A stretch of 63,487 nucleotides of DNA, counting the filler, from Choristocarpus tenellus KU-1152 (Eukaryota; Protista; Phaeophyceae), in the NCBI GenBank assembly GCA_964200185.2. It is 11 parts of 11 records of this genome, joined end to end, with 100 filler letters (N's around TTAATTAATTAA, not from the genome) between each part and the next. Parts side by side here need not be neighbours in the genome. Positions count along the whole stretch, not along the records: positions 5,029 to 14,142 come from CAXNAD020003969.1; positions 14,243 to 17,424 come from CAXNAD020021724.1; positions 17,525 to 20,374 come from CAXNAD020024210.1; positions 20,475 to 24,313 come from CAXNAD020017639.1; positions 24,414 to 28,276 come from CAXNAD020017514.1; 6 more parts are not named here. One strand, written 5' to 3'. The notes beneath the pieces were generated by a model. That model saw only the letters and a list, made by a program, of their open reading frames with translations, had not been told where the DNA came from and did no database searches. This document shows, piece by piece, positions 12,701-24,498 of this stretch. Each line of letters starts with the position of its first letter. The stretch's first letter is position 1. The position numbers and the translations under genes were made by a program.

Positions 12701-13171
12701 ATGGCAGAGCAATCAACCACAATTGGCTTGGATGAAGCTGGTCACGGGATGGTTCTTGAGTGTGAGCGAGGAGGGATCCCAACAACAGCAACTGCAAGTA
12801 GGCAATGGGACCACCGTGTGGGCAGGGGAAGAGGCAGGGGAAAGGTAAGAGGGAGGGGCAGAGGCCGAGGTCGAGGAGGTCAAGGTGGAGGAGGAGGAGG
12901 AGGGCAAGAGGAGGGGAGTCTCAGTTGCAGGCGGCAAGAGTTGGTTGGCTTGGGAGGAGTAGGGCAGAGGGAGGGGGCTGGTACAGGGGGGGGGGGTGGG
13001 ACAGGTAGGAAGCGGCGGCGGGTGGGACTGTTGAGCAATGGTGCGGCAATTGCGTCGGGCAATGTGCAGCTGGGGTTTGAGGGAGGGTGTTATGTGGCTG
13101 CTCATGTGCACAACAAGCGGTACTTGGGGGTGATGCTGGATGCTGAGGAGGTGGCTTCTGCATTGGAGCAG
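9704..13171 (+). CDS. Uncharacterised low-complexity, probably nuclear protein (partial; runs off the contig)
   Basis: Exon 9704-10396 (231 codons, donor GAG|GTGAGA) and a long exon ~12158-13171 (donor CAG|GTTCG). It contains Thr/Ser/Ala repeats, (RG)n, poly-Gly, GRKRRR and a compact motif ASGNVQLGFEGGCYVAAHVHNKRYLGVMLD. The exact exon-2 acceptor and any intermediate exons are uncertain. Confidence 0.7.
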
Positions 13172-13648
13172 GTTCGATTTTGTGAATATAGGTTGTGTGA
13201 TTTAAATGTATTTTGGTGTGATGTATTTGGTGCAATTTTACTCTGGAGGATGGGATGTGGTTGTAGTGTTTGTGATTGCCATTTTGTGTTTGTGTTTGTG
13301 TTTGTTCTCTATTGGCACGGAGGTCGAAGGCAACAATGATGTCCTGTGAATTAGTCTTGGTTTTGCTGTTGGAGGTGTTGGTGAGGGTGAGGGTGAGGGT
13401 TAGGGTTAAAGGGTAAGGGGGTGGATTTGTTTAGTCTCGCTGCGTATCATTTTGAAAGGTCGAGCAACTGTTTTGTTATTGGCCCATGGTGTAAAACCGT
13501 CTTGTAAATGTTGTTGGGGGGTGTAAGGAAGCAGATGAACTCAAGAGGAGAAAGAGTTGTTATTGATGTTACTCAGGTGCTGGGGTGGTCTTTAAAAGGT
13601 AAGGGGGAAAAGGATAGAGATGTCAACCCAATGCATGACGCACGAATG

Positions 13649-13911
13649 GTGTTGATGTTATATGATAGCCTCTTGTTGGTGTTTTATCATAACCTCTTGT
13701 TGGTGTTATATCATACCCTCTTGTTGATGTTATAGCATACCCTCTTGTTGGTGTTTTACCATAACCTCTTGTTGTTTTATCATAAACTCTTGTTGGTGTT
13801 TTATCATACCCTCTTGTTGATGTTATAGCATACCCTCTTGTTGGTGTTATGCCAAAACCTCTTGTTGGTGTTTTATCATAACCTCTTGTTGGTGTTATCT
13901 CATACCCTCTT
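13649..13911. repeat. 24-bp minisatellite, ~11 units
   Basis: Head-to-tail CCTCTTGTTGGTGTTWTATCATAM units without unique spacers. Confidence 0.9.
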
Positions 13912-14242
13912 ACCCTTGTCATTGGGTGCTATTCTCTTTGGAAGTCTTTTTTGTTTCTTCAAAACACAGAAATTGTCAATGGTCTTGAGGGGAGTATTAT
14001 TTTGAAAATGTTGTGATGATTCAATCACAGTAGTCTTTTACTCAATCCTCCTGAGATGACCAAATAACTTAATTAATAAATTGTTTTCATCATCTTCCCC
14101 CCCCCCCCGCCGGCCTCCCATTGATACCCCTCTTACTTGTAANNNNNNNNNNNNNNNNNNNNNNNNNNNNNNNNNNNNNNNNNNNNTTAATTAATTAANN
14201 NNNNNNNNNNNNNNNNNNNNNNNNNNNNNNNNNNNNNNNNNN

Positions 14243-14291
<49 letters not shown>

Positions 14292-14619
14292 GAAGTTTGG
14301 GAGCTTTGAATGAATGCTCATGTTAAGTAGTTGTGTTTGCTGGAAATAGTCAATGCACTCAATGTGAAGGTCATATATGAGATGAGGGTGGAGAAAGCAA
14401 GATACACTGAACACTTAACACAGGACAGTGTAATCTGCCTGTCTGATCTCCTTGTTACAGCGTAAATTGCCACAATACGCTGTCCCCTTCTATCATTCCA
14501 ATCACTGATTTTCCTCTTGCTTCATGGGTTATGTGATGTGCCTGTCTATGCATATTTCCCTAAGTAGAACATCTGGGCTTCCCAGTGAGTTGCTTCACTA
14601 AGACAGTTTAACATGAACT

Positions 14620-15100
14620 TGTGCTTCTGGGGGGGCTGGCCGGTGGGCTCAGAACAAAGGTGATGTGTGGCAAATGCAAAGATGATGTGGGGACTAACAC
14701 ATCTGCCTGTAACAAAGTCAGTTACAGTACTAAGTGCTCACAGACGCATGTGGAATCTGCGGGACATGAGGACATGCTTCCCAGAAATAGTCTCAACTGG
14801 TCTGTTTTTTTAATAGTAATTTGGCTACCATATACGTGCATTTCTCCAACTACTATGATACTAACTTCTTTGCTCTAATGTGTTTTCTACATCTAGGAAT
14901 GTTCCTCTATGATATGCATGTTACAAACAGCGCTATTTGTATTATGGTATTGGGACAAATAGGTGTATACTCCAAGTACTTGGAGAAAGAAAATGCACAT
15001 TCCTTCTGGTCTCTTGTGCATGCTGGAACAGGTACGTAATTATAGCGCAATGGATGATGGCTCACTGATTTTGATGAGGAGCAAAGATTACCCTAACTAG
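14620..15100 (+). mobile_element. Possible degraded hAT transposase remnant
   Basis: CGKC...KCSQTHVESAGH resembles a TTF-type Zn finger, followed by LEKENAHSFWSLVHAGT resembling the FFSxxxDxxTD first-catalytic-Asp region; heavily degenerate. Confidence 0.3.
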
Positions 15101-16333
15101 AAAGTGGGAGTTGGTGGATTAATGCCTAAACAATAAATGGGCCGGCGAGGGGGCAAAACATTGGTGGATGGGTGATGCAAGATTGGTTCATGTTGAGTAT
15201 TGGCAGGATGCGCTTGCAGTCACAGTGCCGTACGGTGAAAATTAAAATTGTACGGGTGGACACTGAGCGAAGCGAGGTGTTCCACATTTCGTATCTGATT
15301 ATGACACAAATCAGAGATCTACAAAGAACTGGCAGAGGAACCCAAATAGAAAAAAATAGCAACGTGCGTGTGTCACGCTGTTGGCCACTGTTTCGAACAT
15401 TTATTGTGCTACACTTAATGACACGGTCCCAAACCGGTGGCGAAATGACTCTGACTTGAGGAGAATGTACCAGCATCTGCAGTCTTGTCAGTATCTGCTC
15501 GGTGCCCGGAGTTGTTGCGAGATAATGGCGCCCAGCAGCAGTGGTATTCACATTTCAAAACTTGAAATTTGTGAGGGTCAGGCTGAGCATTGTCCTGTGG
15601 GACAATTGCCTCTGACATTTCTTGTGCCACACTGCACGGAACGCCCTCCATCCACTTGGAATATAGGTTTACCATCAGCAGTTCATTAGTGCATTCTTTG
15701 GTATGTTCATGAGTGGTCGACGTGGAGGTAGCTACACATTTTGTCCAGAACAGCTAATACTACCAGTCTGGATCACCATGACATAGGGGACGATCTGCCC
15801 TCCATTTAAAGGGTTAGAAGCTCTTGGTTGCCGACATAGTTTCCTTGCTTGTTGGAATTGTTTTTGGGTGCAGCTGCTAGAATACTGCACGGCTGGCTTT
15901 GGTTATGATATGTCCAACACGCCAATCGGTCTATGTTGACGATGCAGCAATAATACATAGTACCTCCTACTGTGACTTGAGCCCCTCATACTCTTGACCA
16001 AGCAATTTTTTCAGCTTGCCGCAGGTACGGGGTGCGTTTCCACCCCTTCAAAAGTTTCATACTCTATATGTATAGGTACTGACTGTATTATATCGTTCTA
16101 TACATCATTATCATACGACAAGATTGGATGCAGTACAGTACAGTACTGGACTACTATGCTGTACTACTGCAGTAGACTGGACGGTTCAGTACTGTATGGT
16201 GTAATTGTGAGAGGTAACTTTAGGAAACCACACACCAACTATACAGCACAACGTTATGTTTTACATCCAATAATGTAGAGAGAGCACCTTGACAGACTAA
16301 ACAGGAACTGCCATTTTGAAAGGTAGGAGGTAC

Positions 16334-16450
16334 ATCACGGGTGGCCATTTTGCACCTTGTGACACCTTGCAGAACGTGTCCCTAGAAATTTATCCCATAT
16401 ATGGACATCTTGTGGGACGTACCCCTACGAGCAAAATGGCCACCTGTGAT
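16334..16450. mobile_element. Small MITE-like inverted-repeat element
   Basis: ATCACGGGTGGCCATTTTGC ... GCAAAATGGCCACCTGTGAT (20-bp IR, one mismatch). Confidence 0.55.
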
Positions 16451-16499
16451 ACTACAGTACGCAGTACAACAGACAGTACAGTATGACAGAAGCGCGCAC

Positions 16500-17215
16500 A
16501 AAATTTCAAAAAACTCAATCATGATCTTCATCAGCAGACAGTGCAGAAAGACAATTCAATCACGATCACAATCAACCTACTTTCAGACTTTCAATCCACA
16601 CGCTGACACACGTCGACATCTTTGGCACCCCTCGTAGACTTGGTGTCAGGCTTCAGCGTCTGCGCTTTCTCCATAATGGTTGTTGCCTCCTTCTTCAACT
16701 TGTAGAGGGTGCTGTGACCGATTCCAAACTTATGAACAACCGTAGTTCCCGTCATGGTCTTCAGGAGTGTCAACGCTTCCACTTTCTCTGTAAAGCTCAA
16801 GCGCTTATGATTGGCAGCACCTTCTCCTTGCTCTTGTTCTTCTTATCGTGGCGCTTGGACACCGTGTTGTCACCAACTGGAGGACTCAAGCCCTTGCGCT
16901 TGGTGGGGCTCACGCACAATATGCACACTCGTTTCATTTCGCTGGCGCCAAAAAGGATCTACAACGCCCCAAATGCCATAAAGATCTTTGTTCCTTACTT
17001 TGATATATTTTCCTTAACTTTGGACACATGGTGTTTGTGAAACCCTTCAGTCAAGTAGAGAAAAACAAGTGCGAGTTTGCTCGATATATAAGAGAGAATT
17101 GGGAGGAAAACGCCGAAACCTCTTTTATACTCTGAAAAGTTGTGACAAGGGATTTACCCTCTCTTATATCATGTTTTCTCTTATATCGACCTCTCTTATA
17201 TCGGTACCCCCACGG
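16500..17215 (-). mobile_element. pogo/Tigger-like transposon 5' remnant
   Basis: TA|CCGTGGGGGTACCGATATAAGAG terminus with three GATATAAGAG direct repeats, followed by a CENP-B/psq-type HTH (LSFTEKVEALTLLKTMTGTTVVHKFGIGHSTLYKLKK). Confidence 0.75.
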
Positions 17216-17226
17216 TACAATAAAAC

Positions 17227-17310
17227 ATTGGTTTCCCCCCTGACACATCTGCAAAATATTTTATTATTATGCCCTCTGCATTTTGCAGATGTGTCAGGGG
17301 GGAAACCAAT
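17227..17310. repeat. Perfect 31-bp inverted repeat with a 22-nt AT-rich loop
   Basis: ATTGGTTTCCCCCCTGACACATCTGCAAAAT (17227-17257) and its reverse complement (17280-17310). Confidence 0.85.
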
Positions 17311-17639
17311 CAAAACTATATATAAGGGCCTCATGGCGAGTCCTTCTCACAAGCCGTACGTGCAAGCCCCACCATAAAGGCCTTGGGAGGTTCTATACAC
17401 ACCCTTCTTTCTACAGGGGTTCCCNNNNNNNNNNNNNNNNNNNNNNNNNNNNNNNNNNNNNNNNNNNNTTAATTAATTAANNNNNNNNNNNNNNNNNNNN
17501 NNNNNNNNNNNNNNNNNNNNNNNNCCCCCCCCCAGATACGTTGACCCACTGTTGTCCGGATCTGCGTTGATCCTTGGCATCTGTCTGGCACCCTGTTGGG
17601 TAATCCTTGTCTGTAGGGTTATTGTGTCTGTTGATCCAA

Positions 17640-17878
17640 CTTAGATATAGTCAGGGTTACATTTAAGGATCCCGAGAAAGGATATAAAGATGCCATTTTG
17701 ATTAAAGAACCTTGCTTGAATGTGATGTGACTTTGTTTGTTGAAAGGGGGAATATCAATTTTGTGTACACTATTGTGCACATAAAGCAACGAAATATAGT
17801 GTATTGCACAGGGTAAGAGAAAGGTTTGCTTAGACTGCAAAAGGGTCCATACCTACCTACCTCTCGATTGGTTTGGGT
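17640..17878 (+). repeat. Old dispersed repeat (3 copies)
   Basis: Similar to 22745-22943 (+) and ~305-440 (-): GGGGATATCAATT..GTACACTATTG..GTATTGCACAG..CCTACC..TTGGTTTGG. Confidence 0.65.
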
Positions 17879-19761
17879 TTAAGTTCCTTTCTGTTCTTCT
17901 TGCCTTGTCTGAGTCATCAACACGACAATAATCCAGTGTGTGGCATTGTCACCCATATTCAGAGATCCGAGCAATTGACTATGGTTTCGCACGACAGGAC
18001 TCTGAATGTTGGGTGAAACTGGGTCAGGGCAGAGGAAAAAAGGGCTATTCCCCGGGAACCAACTTATACTTCGTTCACGCCTGTGGGTATTTTTCATGTA
18101 ATACTGGGGAACTTGTGATCTCTAAGGTCCGACAGTCATTGAGGCCATGAAGATTCTGCACCAGTATCATGGATACAGCAGGCACCAGATGTGATGGAAT
18201 ATGTTCATTCATTCCTGTCTTTCCCCTTTTTAGCTGTGTCACCATTACGACCCCCATCTTCCTGACATTCCCTGGTTCTCAATCCTGAAGACCTGAGATA
18301 CAAAAAGCTTTCGGACTTAGAGCTTTTCAAGGTTACTGATAAGGTACTGAAGGCGAACGAGAAGCTAGCCAGCACACTTCAGGACTTACGTGTTTCAGTG
18401 TGCCATGTTGGGATGCAGCCACAGGTGATTTCGTTCAGTCTGTGCATACACACTACGAGGCTATCCTGGACTAATTGATTTTTAATATATTTGTCATTCC
18501 TTTATCCTCAAAGGGGAGTTGGTGCCCCGGTCAAAGGTTTCGTTAAGGGGTTGAGGAGTGTATATTTGCTGGGGTGGTCTCAGGACCAGTGACAGAGTTT
18601 GCTCCCCCCTTCCTCCATACACTGCTTGGTTGGAGTGTAGCAACACACGACCGTTGTCAGTTGCTCAACGAGGATTTCTTGTAAGTACACTAATCCCGAA
18701 CGTAACAAAGTATATCCCTTTCTGTCGACAGAGAATATGGAGGGTGACATATTTGAGGAGACTTGCTTTGTGAGGGTCACGTACCAAGTAAGAAGGGATC
18801 AGGTTGACCATACTCTACAAAATGTTATCTATCCGATAAGGCTTTGTGGTTTCACCTCTACAACTGATAAGTGAAAGAGAGCCAATGTATGCTTAAGGGG
18901 GTTGTTGAGTATAGAGGACCTCTGTGAGTGTCCTCCTGTTCTTGATGTTGCGTGTGCAATTGTGTAAGTTTGGCAGAGGGCAAATCCCTTCACCTGGACA
19001 CACCTCCTTGATCTCCATGCCTGCGTGTGTTAACAAATGATATTTGTATGTTTTCCATGTGGAATATCCTCTTCACAACATGCAGTTTGATGGCGATTAC
19101 TTCAGGTCGTGGGAAGGAGGAGGAATAAGATGATGATGGGGAGCACGAAAGGAACGAAATGGTAACACGGAATAGGACGAAAGTCAGATTGGTCTCAAAT
19201 CGTGTATAATATGTATGTTGATCTACGAAGTGGTATGTGCCCATGCGTGAAAGTTTACCTGTGACACCGATGAACCAATCAAATAACTACTTTTTCCTGC
19301 CCTGCGTGTAAGGAGAGGCCTCCTTGCAATCACAACGAAGCACCCAACCCCCCCTCATTCCATGATACGCACCGAAAAAAGTAACTATTTATCCACTATA
19401 GGCACCTTAATCTCACAGTATTGCCTATCTTTGTGCGAAAGAGATGGGGCTTGAAAGAATCCAGAATACCAATATTTCATTCCATTCCGTTTTCTGTTCA
19501 AGGACGACTATCTCAAGTACTCTCTCTTCCTTTGAACCGTGGACGGTTCTTCAAAGAAAGTACTCGCACTAGTTACGGAGGAAATCAGAAAATGAAAGGA
19601 GGATAAAAGTACTCTGGACGCAATTAACACCCCGTAACAACGCGAAGATCAGTGTGAAATGAAGGCCGAGGTGTAGCATGAGATCATCCTTCTTACATAC
19701 GTACAATTTTGGCGTATTATTACTTGCGATTACGTTTATACGTGCAAGGAGGAGTCGTTTC

Positions 19762-20014
19762 GAGCCAAAGTATCTTGGGGGGTAGAGTCGGGTCCATTTG
19801 GGGACCCAAATCCAATGTTGTGATTTTGATGTAATTTGGCTTTCGTGTTTGTTAGGAAGAGTCAATATCTTTGTTTCGGACACACCTTTTCATAACGCAT
19901 ACATTTTACCTACTCCTGAACATTTTGGAGTAGGAAAATATCATAAGCCATGGGAAGCCAAGCCCCGAATGGACAAACTGGGCAAAACTCGTACTCTCTG
20001 AGATACTTTCACTC
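19762..20014 (-). mobile_element. MITE family A copy
   Basis: Reverse-orientation copy flanked by the 4-bp TSD TTTC. Confidence 0.88.
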
Positions 20015-20045
20015 TTTCCGTATACACCTTATTTGTCTACACTTT

Positions 20046-20374
20046 TGTCAATCGTATGATTCTGTGGCGGGGTGGTTCACTCAGGCAAGGGTGGTGAAGA
20101 GAATCACCGGGCAAGACGGACACGAACAAGGACAAACTGTGACCGAGAGTACGAGGTTAAGGTTGGACAAGTGCAAACTTAGGAGTGATGAGCAACATCA
20201 AAGGTGGGGCTTCATCATCAGTCAAGACGTGAGAACCAAGAGAATTTTCCATGTGTGACAACTCTGAATGACGAGCTGTCCCAAGTCTATGGGATTGGTC
20301 ACATGAAGAGAATTCCATCGTTTCATTCTAACGGAAAAAGTCCATCAGTGAAATCATGGACTCTTGACTGGGAA
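20046..20374 (+). mobile_element. Second LTR-like dispersed repeat (TGT start), cut by a gap
   Basis: Highly similar to 63320-63487 (TGTSAATCGTRTGATT-TGTGGCGG-GTGGTTCACTCAGGCAA...GGAGTGATGAGCAACATCAAAG). Confidence 0.65.
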
Positions 20375-23016
20375 NNNNNNNNNNNNNNNNNNNNNNNNNN
20401 NNNNNNNNNNNNNNNNNNTTAATTAATTAANNNNNNNNNNNNNNNNNNNNNNNNNNNNNNNNNNNNNNNNNNNNTATCTTTATACTGTTTCGCTGGGGGG
20501 GGGGGGGTTGAGGATGTGCAATAATACCTGTGCATGTAAAGGCCTGAATGAGTGTTGTAATGGGATCGGGGAGTTCAGTCTCGTTTGTGTGTCAGTCCTT
20601 GTTGTGAGTGACTGTGTCAAACAGGTTGAACGTTTCTTTCATTCGACTTTCTGTCCGAATACCTACTAATACTGCTACATAGTTCCTGGTATATTTATTG
20701 TTATGACCTCTTACTCGTCTTTTTTCGTTGCAACAACATAGCAAAGCTTCATTATACTGTTTTTTTCATTTTTACCCTCAAAAATGTATCGAATGGTGGT
20801 TGACTACACTCTTGTTGAAACAAAGTAGAATAGTCACTTGTTGCTTCCTGTAACAGCCCACGACGCACCAACTAATTGCTGAGAGACGAAAAATAAATAT
20901 TGCTGTAGTAATAGAGAGCCTCTCACACATGTAACTACTCCTAAGTACGTCCCTCTCCTCCTTGTAAGTTTTTTTCTCGTATTTTTGTTTTTCAACAAAT
21001 ACTTAGGGTATATTACATGTTTTGTTCGTAGCTTGTTTTGATATTTTCCTAGCAAAAAGGAACCGTTGGAAGAAGTTGGTTGTGTACTTTATACACAATC
21101 TATACAACAGTACATGAAAGGCATCGGGAAAATGTATGAAAAGACCATCTAATTCTCAAGTTATAGCATTCATACATTCTATACCTAATACCAAACTCAA
21201 CAAGCAATAGTGGGGTTTTGTTGCATCTTTCTTTCCTCACTTACAATTTAGTCACAGAAAGACATACATCGCATACTGTGGGAAGTCTTGTTTGGGGGTA
21301 TAACAACGATCTTTTAGGAATCCATCCCTGCTCCTGGAACAACCGTACACTATGGAGAGAGAGTTCACTTTCTTGGGGCGTCAGGTTCAACTCAAGTTCT
21401 AGCGGTCGAATGAGGATGCTTTGTTTCAATGCAGTATGGGTTGGGTGATTTGTCACCAGGACTTTTCATCGGACTGGCTGAATGATAAGGGGGTGGGCTA
21501 CGGGCTGACTCTGGCGAAAAAATATATCGGGAATGGTCAAGGTCCATCAGAGCTTTCAACTGGACTAGGTTGCGAGCTGGTCTGCCGCCTAATTGAAACA
21601 CATCTAGTAGATGGTACAGAGCTGACCCGGCCCTCTCTCAGTTCATCATTTTGTGGCAATGATAATTTATGCAATCAAAGGCATTTTGTTTTCTTATACT
21701 TCGAAGTACTTTCATTCCCACATGTTGTGTTGGAGACAAATTGGAAGTTGGCCCAACATATTTTGACTGCATTGGCCTGGTAAAAATAGTATTTTATCCA
21801 GGACCTGAGATTAATTCCAACCGGACCAGGCTATGGGCCAACCCCCAGTCTGGAATCGGGTTAATGGCTGGTTCGAGCGAGAGGCCCTGGATACCGTGAT
21901 GCCTGCTGCAGCATGAATAACTTGGGTACTCTTTGAAGAGATGCATGAAAAATGTGCAAATACTCAAGTGTGTGCTGTGACACGGAAGTTGCTAATCTAA
22001 GTGATCCCAAGCAAGCAATTTATTAGTATCATCTGTAGCACAGTCTACACTTTAGGCAGAACTCAACCATAAATGATCAACCTCGCATGGCCAACTCAAA
22101 GAATTGTTCTGCACATACGGAAATGAAGATATCACCTACTGGAAAAGAAACATGAGGTTCTGAAAGACCAAGTTTGTTGCAACATGATCCTGGATGCTAC
22201 ATCCTGTCAGCTAAGAAATTAAAGTGAAAGAACATGCACGTAAAGGCCATTTACCTCATCACCAATGCTATCACAAGTGCATGTGAAAGAAAAAAGGTGT
22301 TTAAAGGGAAAAGAACGAAGTACTGGAGTACTTGAAGGAGGGGAGAACTATCCCTCAAAGCCGACTTCAACTATACAAGAAGAAAACAGACAATGGTCAA
22401 GAGCTGAAGGAACGATCCTATTCGCTAGTTACTACATGAGCTCTGATTATTTTTCCAACCGAAAACCAGGTCATTTCCAACCAGAAGTGAAGCAGATATC
22501 CCATCCGCGAGTACAACATGCTTCAATTGACTACCTGCCTGTTGGTTTATTCTGGACACATATCAGCCATTGATGAGCAAGGGTGTATTCAAGTACAGGC
22601 AGGGCTAAGTAAGAGTGACTGTGGACTTTCCAAGTAATGAAACAGGAATCGATGTCAGGATGGTCTATATATTCTCAATTCTCAGTCCTAGACAAACACA
22701 CTTCTTGTAATCCTTGAAGTAGTTATCTCCACGAGTCAAACCAATTCAGAGGTAGGCAGGGTTGTATTTTAAGCATCCCGAGAAAGGGCAGAAAGATCAT
22801 TTGCTTATTTTTGGTGCACCTTGTGTGTGGAAGGGTGGGATATCGATTCTGCGTACTCTATTGTACACATAACAATGAAATATTGTGTATTGCACAGGGA
22901 AAGAATGATGGCTGAGGATGCCTACCTCTTGGTTGGTTTGGCTCTAAGCACAAGAGCTTTAGTAAAGCATTCAATACACTTCAAACTCAACAGTAGTGGA
23001 TTTGGAGTGCAACATC

Positions 23017-23557
23017 TGTTACAGGCGAATAGCGCGAGCGTTTCTTCTTGTGTTCCAACGAAGTGCGAGCATTTGTTACATGCGAACAGCGCGAGCATTT
23101 TCTCCTCATGTTTTAGGAAATACGAACATTTGTGACAGACGTATAGTGTGAGGACTGTTTCTCGCGATCTAACAAGTACGAACTATGTACTATATTAGTA
23201 ACACATAGGTAGCCTTACAGAATAAATGATAATTTCGTAGAAGATGCAGAGTAAGATTCGGAATACCTACGTAACATTACAGAAGAAAATTCAGTCACCT
23301 AGAAGTTGAAGAATAAAGGTTTATGATTGGAGTACCTATAGAGCAGTTGATAGAAGACCAAAGAAATTGTCATTTTATCTTGAATGAAACTTTGAGTCGA
23401 ACTTTGAGCTAAGCACTGAGTGGAATATCAAGAAGAGAAGGACACCTGACACCCTACAAACTGTTGTAAAGCGCAATACCCCCATAGCGTCATTTTAAGG
23501 CCATTGAATTTGAGTTGTACATCCTGTGGAGGTGAGTTCTGAGGGGCGTCTGTAACA
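23017..23557 (+). mobile_element. Solo-LTR-like element, 4-bp TSD
   Basis: TGTTACAG...CTGTAACA termini, CATC on both sides, internal ~55-bp tandem units TGTTACAGGCGAATAGCGCGAGC; homologous to 38553-39165. Confidence 0.8.
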
Positions 23558-23852
23558 CATCCTCTTTATTAGGGGGGGGGCATATTTACAAAACAATTAT
23601 GTAGCGAGAGGAAAGAGATAAAGCTACAAGAGGTCCAAGTTCGCGATTGTAACAGGGTAGTAATACTGTGTAAGATCGCCCAAATCTACTTTGTTACAGA
23701 GAGAAACCGAGCTTATCTTTTAATCTACTGTCGGGCACTACAACCCTCTTTTGTTTCGTCCTGCCTGTACTAACCACTGGAAGTGAAGCTGATGTCGGAA
23801 AAATTGTGGTAATCCTGGGGGTATGCGTCATATGAGTCTTCATGCTGAATCA

Positions 23853-24313
23853 GAGTCAAAGTATCTTAGAGGGTAGAGCCACGTCCATTTGGGGGTCAAA
23901 ATCTAATGTTGCAATTTTGATGTAATTTTGGCTATCATATTTGTTAGGAGATATTGATATCCTTTTTCCGGACTCACCTTTTCATAACGTATACATTTTA
24001 TCTTCTCCGGAACATTTTGGAGTAGGTATAGTGTCGTTAAACACCCGTCGGAAGCCAAGCCCCAAATGGACAAACAGGGAAAAGCTCGTACCCTCTAAGA
24101 TACTTTCACTATCAAAATATCTTAGAGGGTAGAGCCCCATCCGTTTGGGGGTCAAAATTCACTGTTGAGATTTTATGTCATTTTGGCAATGATCTTTGTT
24201 AGAATGTGTCAATATCCTTGTTCCGAACACTCCTTTTCATACCATATAAAAATCCAAAGTATCTGGGGGGGGGGGGGTCAACACCAGGGTGTTCATTTGG
24301 CCCATGACCAGGA
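23853..24313 (-). mobile_element. MITE family A copy plus a partial second copy and a family-B end
   Basis: Full copy 23853-24110 (ATCA on both sides), partial repeat ~24112-24245, then CAAAGTATCTG-polyG of the sister family up to the gap. Confidence 0.82.
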
Positions 24314-24413
24314 NNNNNNNNNNNNNNNNNNNNNNNNNNNNNNNNNNNNNNNNNNNNTTAATTAATTAANNNNNNNNNNNNNNNNNNNNNNNNNNNNNNN
24401 NNNNNNNNNNNNN

Positions 24414-24494
24414 CTAGTAAACCCCTGAGCTACCGAGCAAAGAGTCAGCCTGACTCTTGCTGACCCTTTGCTCGGTAGCTCAGGGGTTTACTAG
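24414..24494. repeat. 36-bp inverted repeat (one mismatch), 9-nt loop
   Basis: 24414-24449 vs 24459-24494, at a contig start. Confidence 0.85.
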
Positions 24495-24498
24495 TGTT

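Noticed and set aside
13649-13911. CRISPR-like array or TPTRGYDK-repeat protein
   Set aside because: Units are contiguous 24-mers with no unique spacers and no cas genes; the ORF is a by-product of a stop-free minisatellite.
14243-14290. 48-nt poly-G tract
   Set aside because: Located at a contig edge, so the length is probably a sequencing or assembly artefact.
22300-22450. Gypsy pol linker-like text (LEYLKEG.../RQWSRAEGTILF)
   Set aside because: Too degenerate; no RT, RNase H or integrase core motif nearby.
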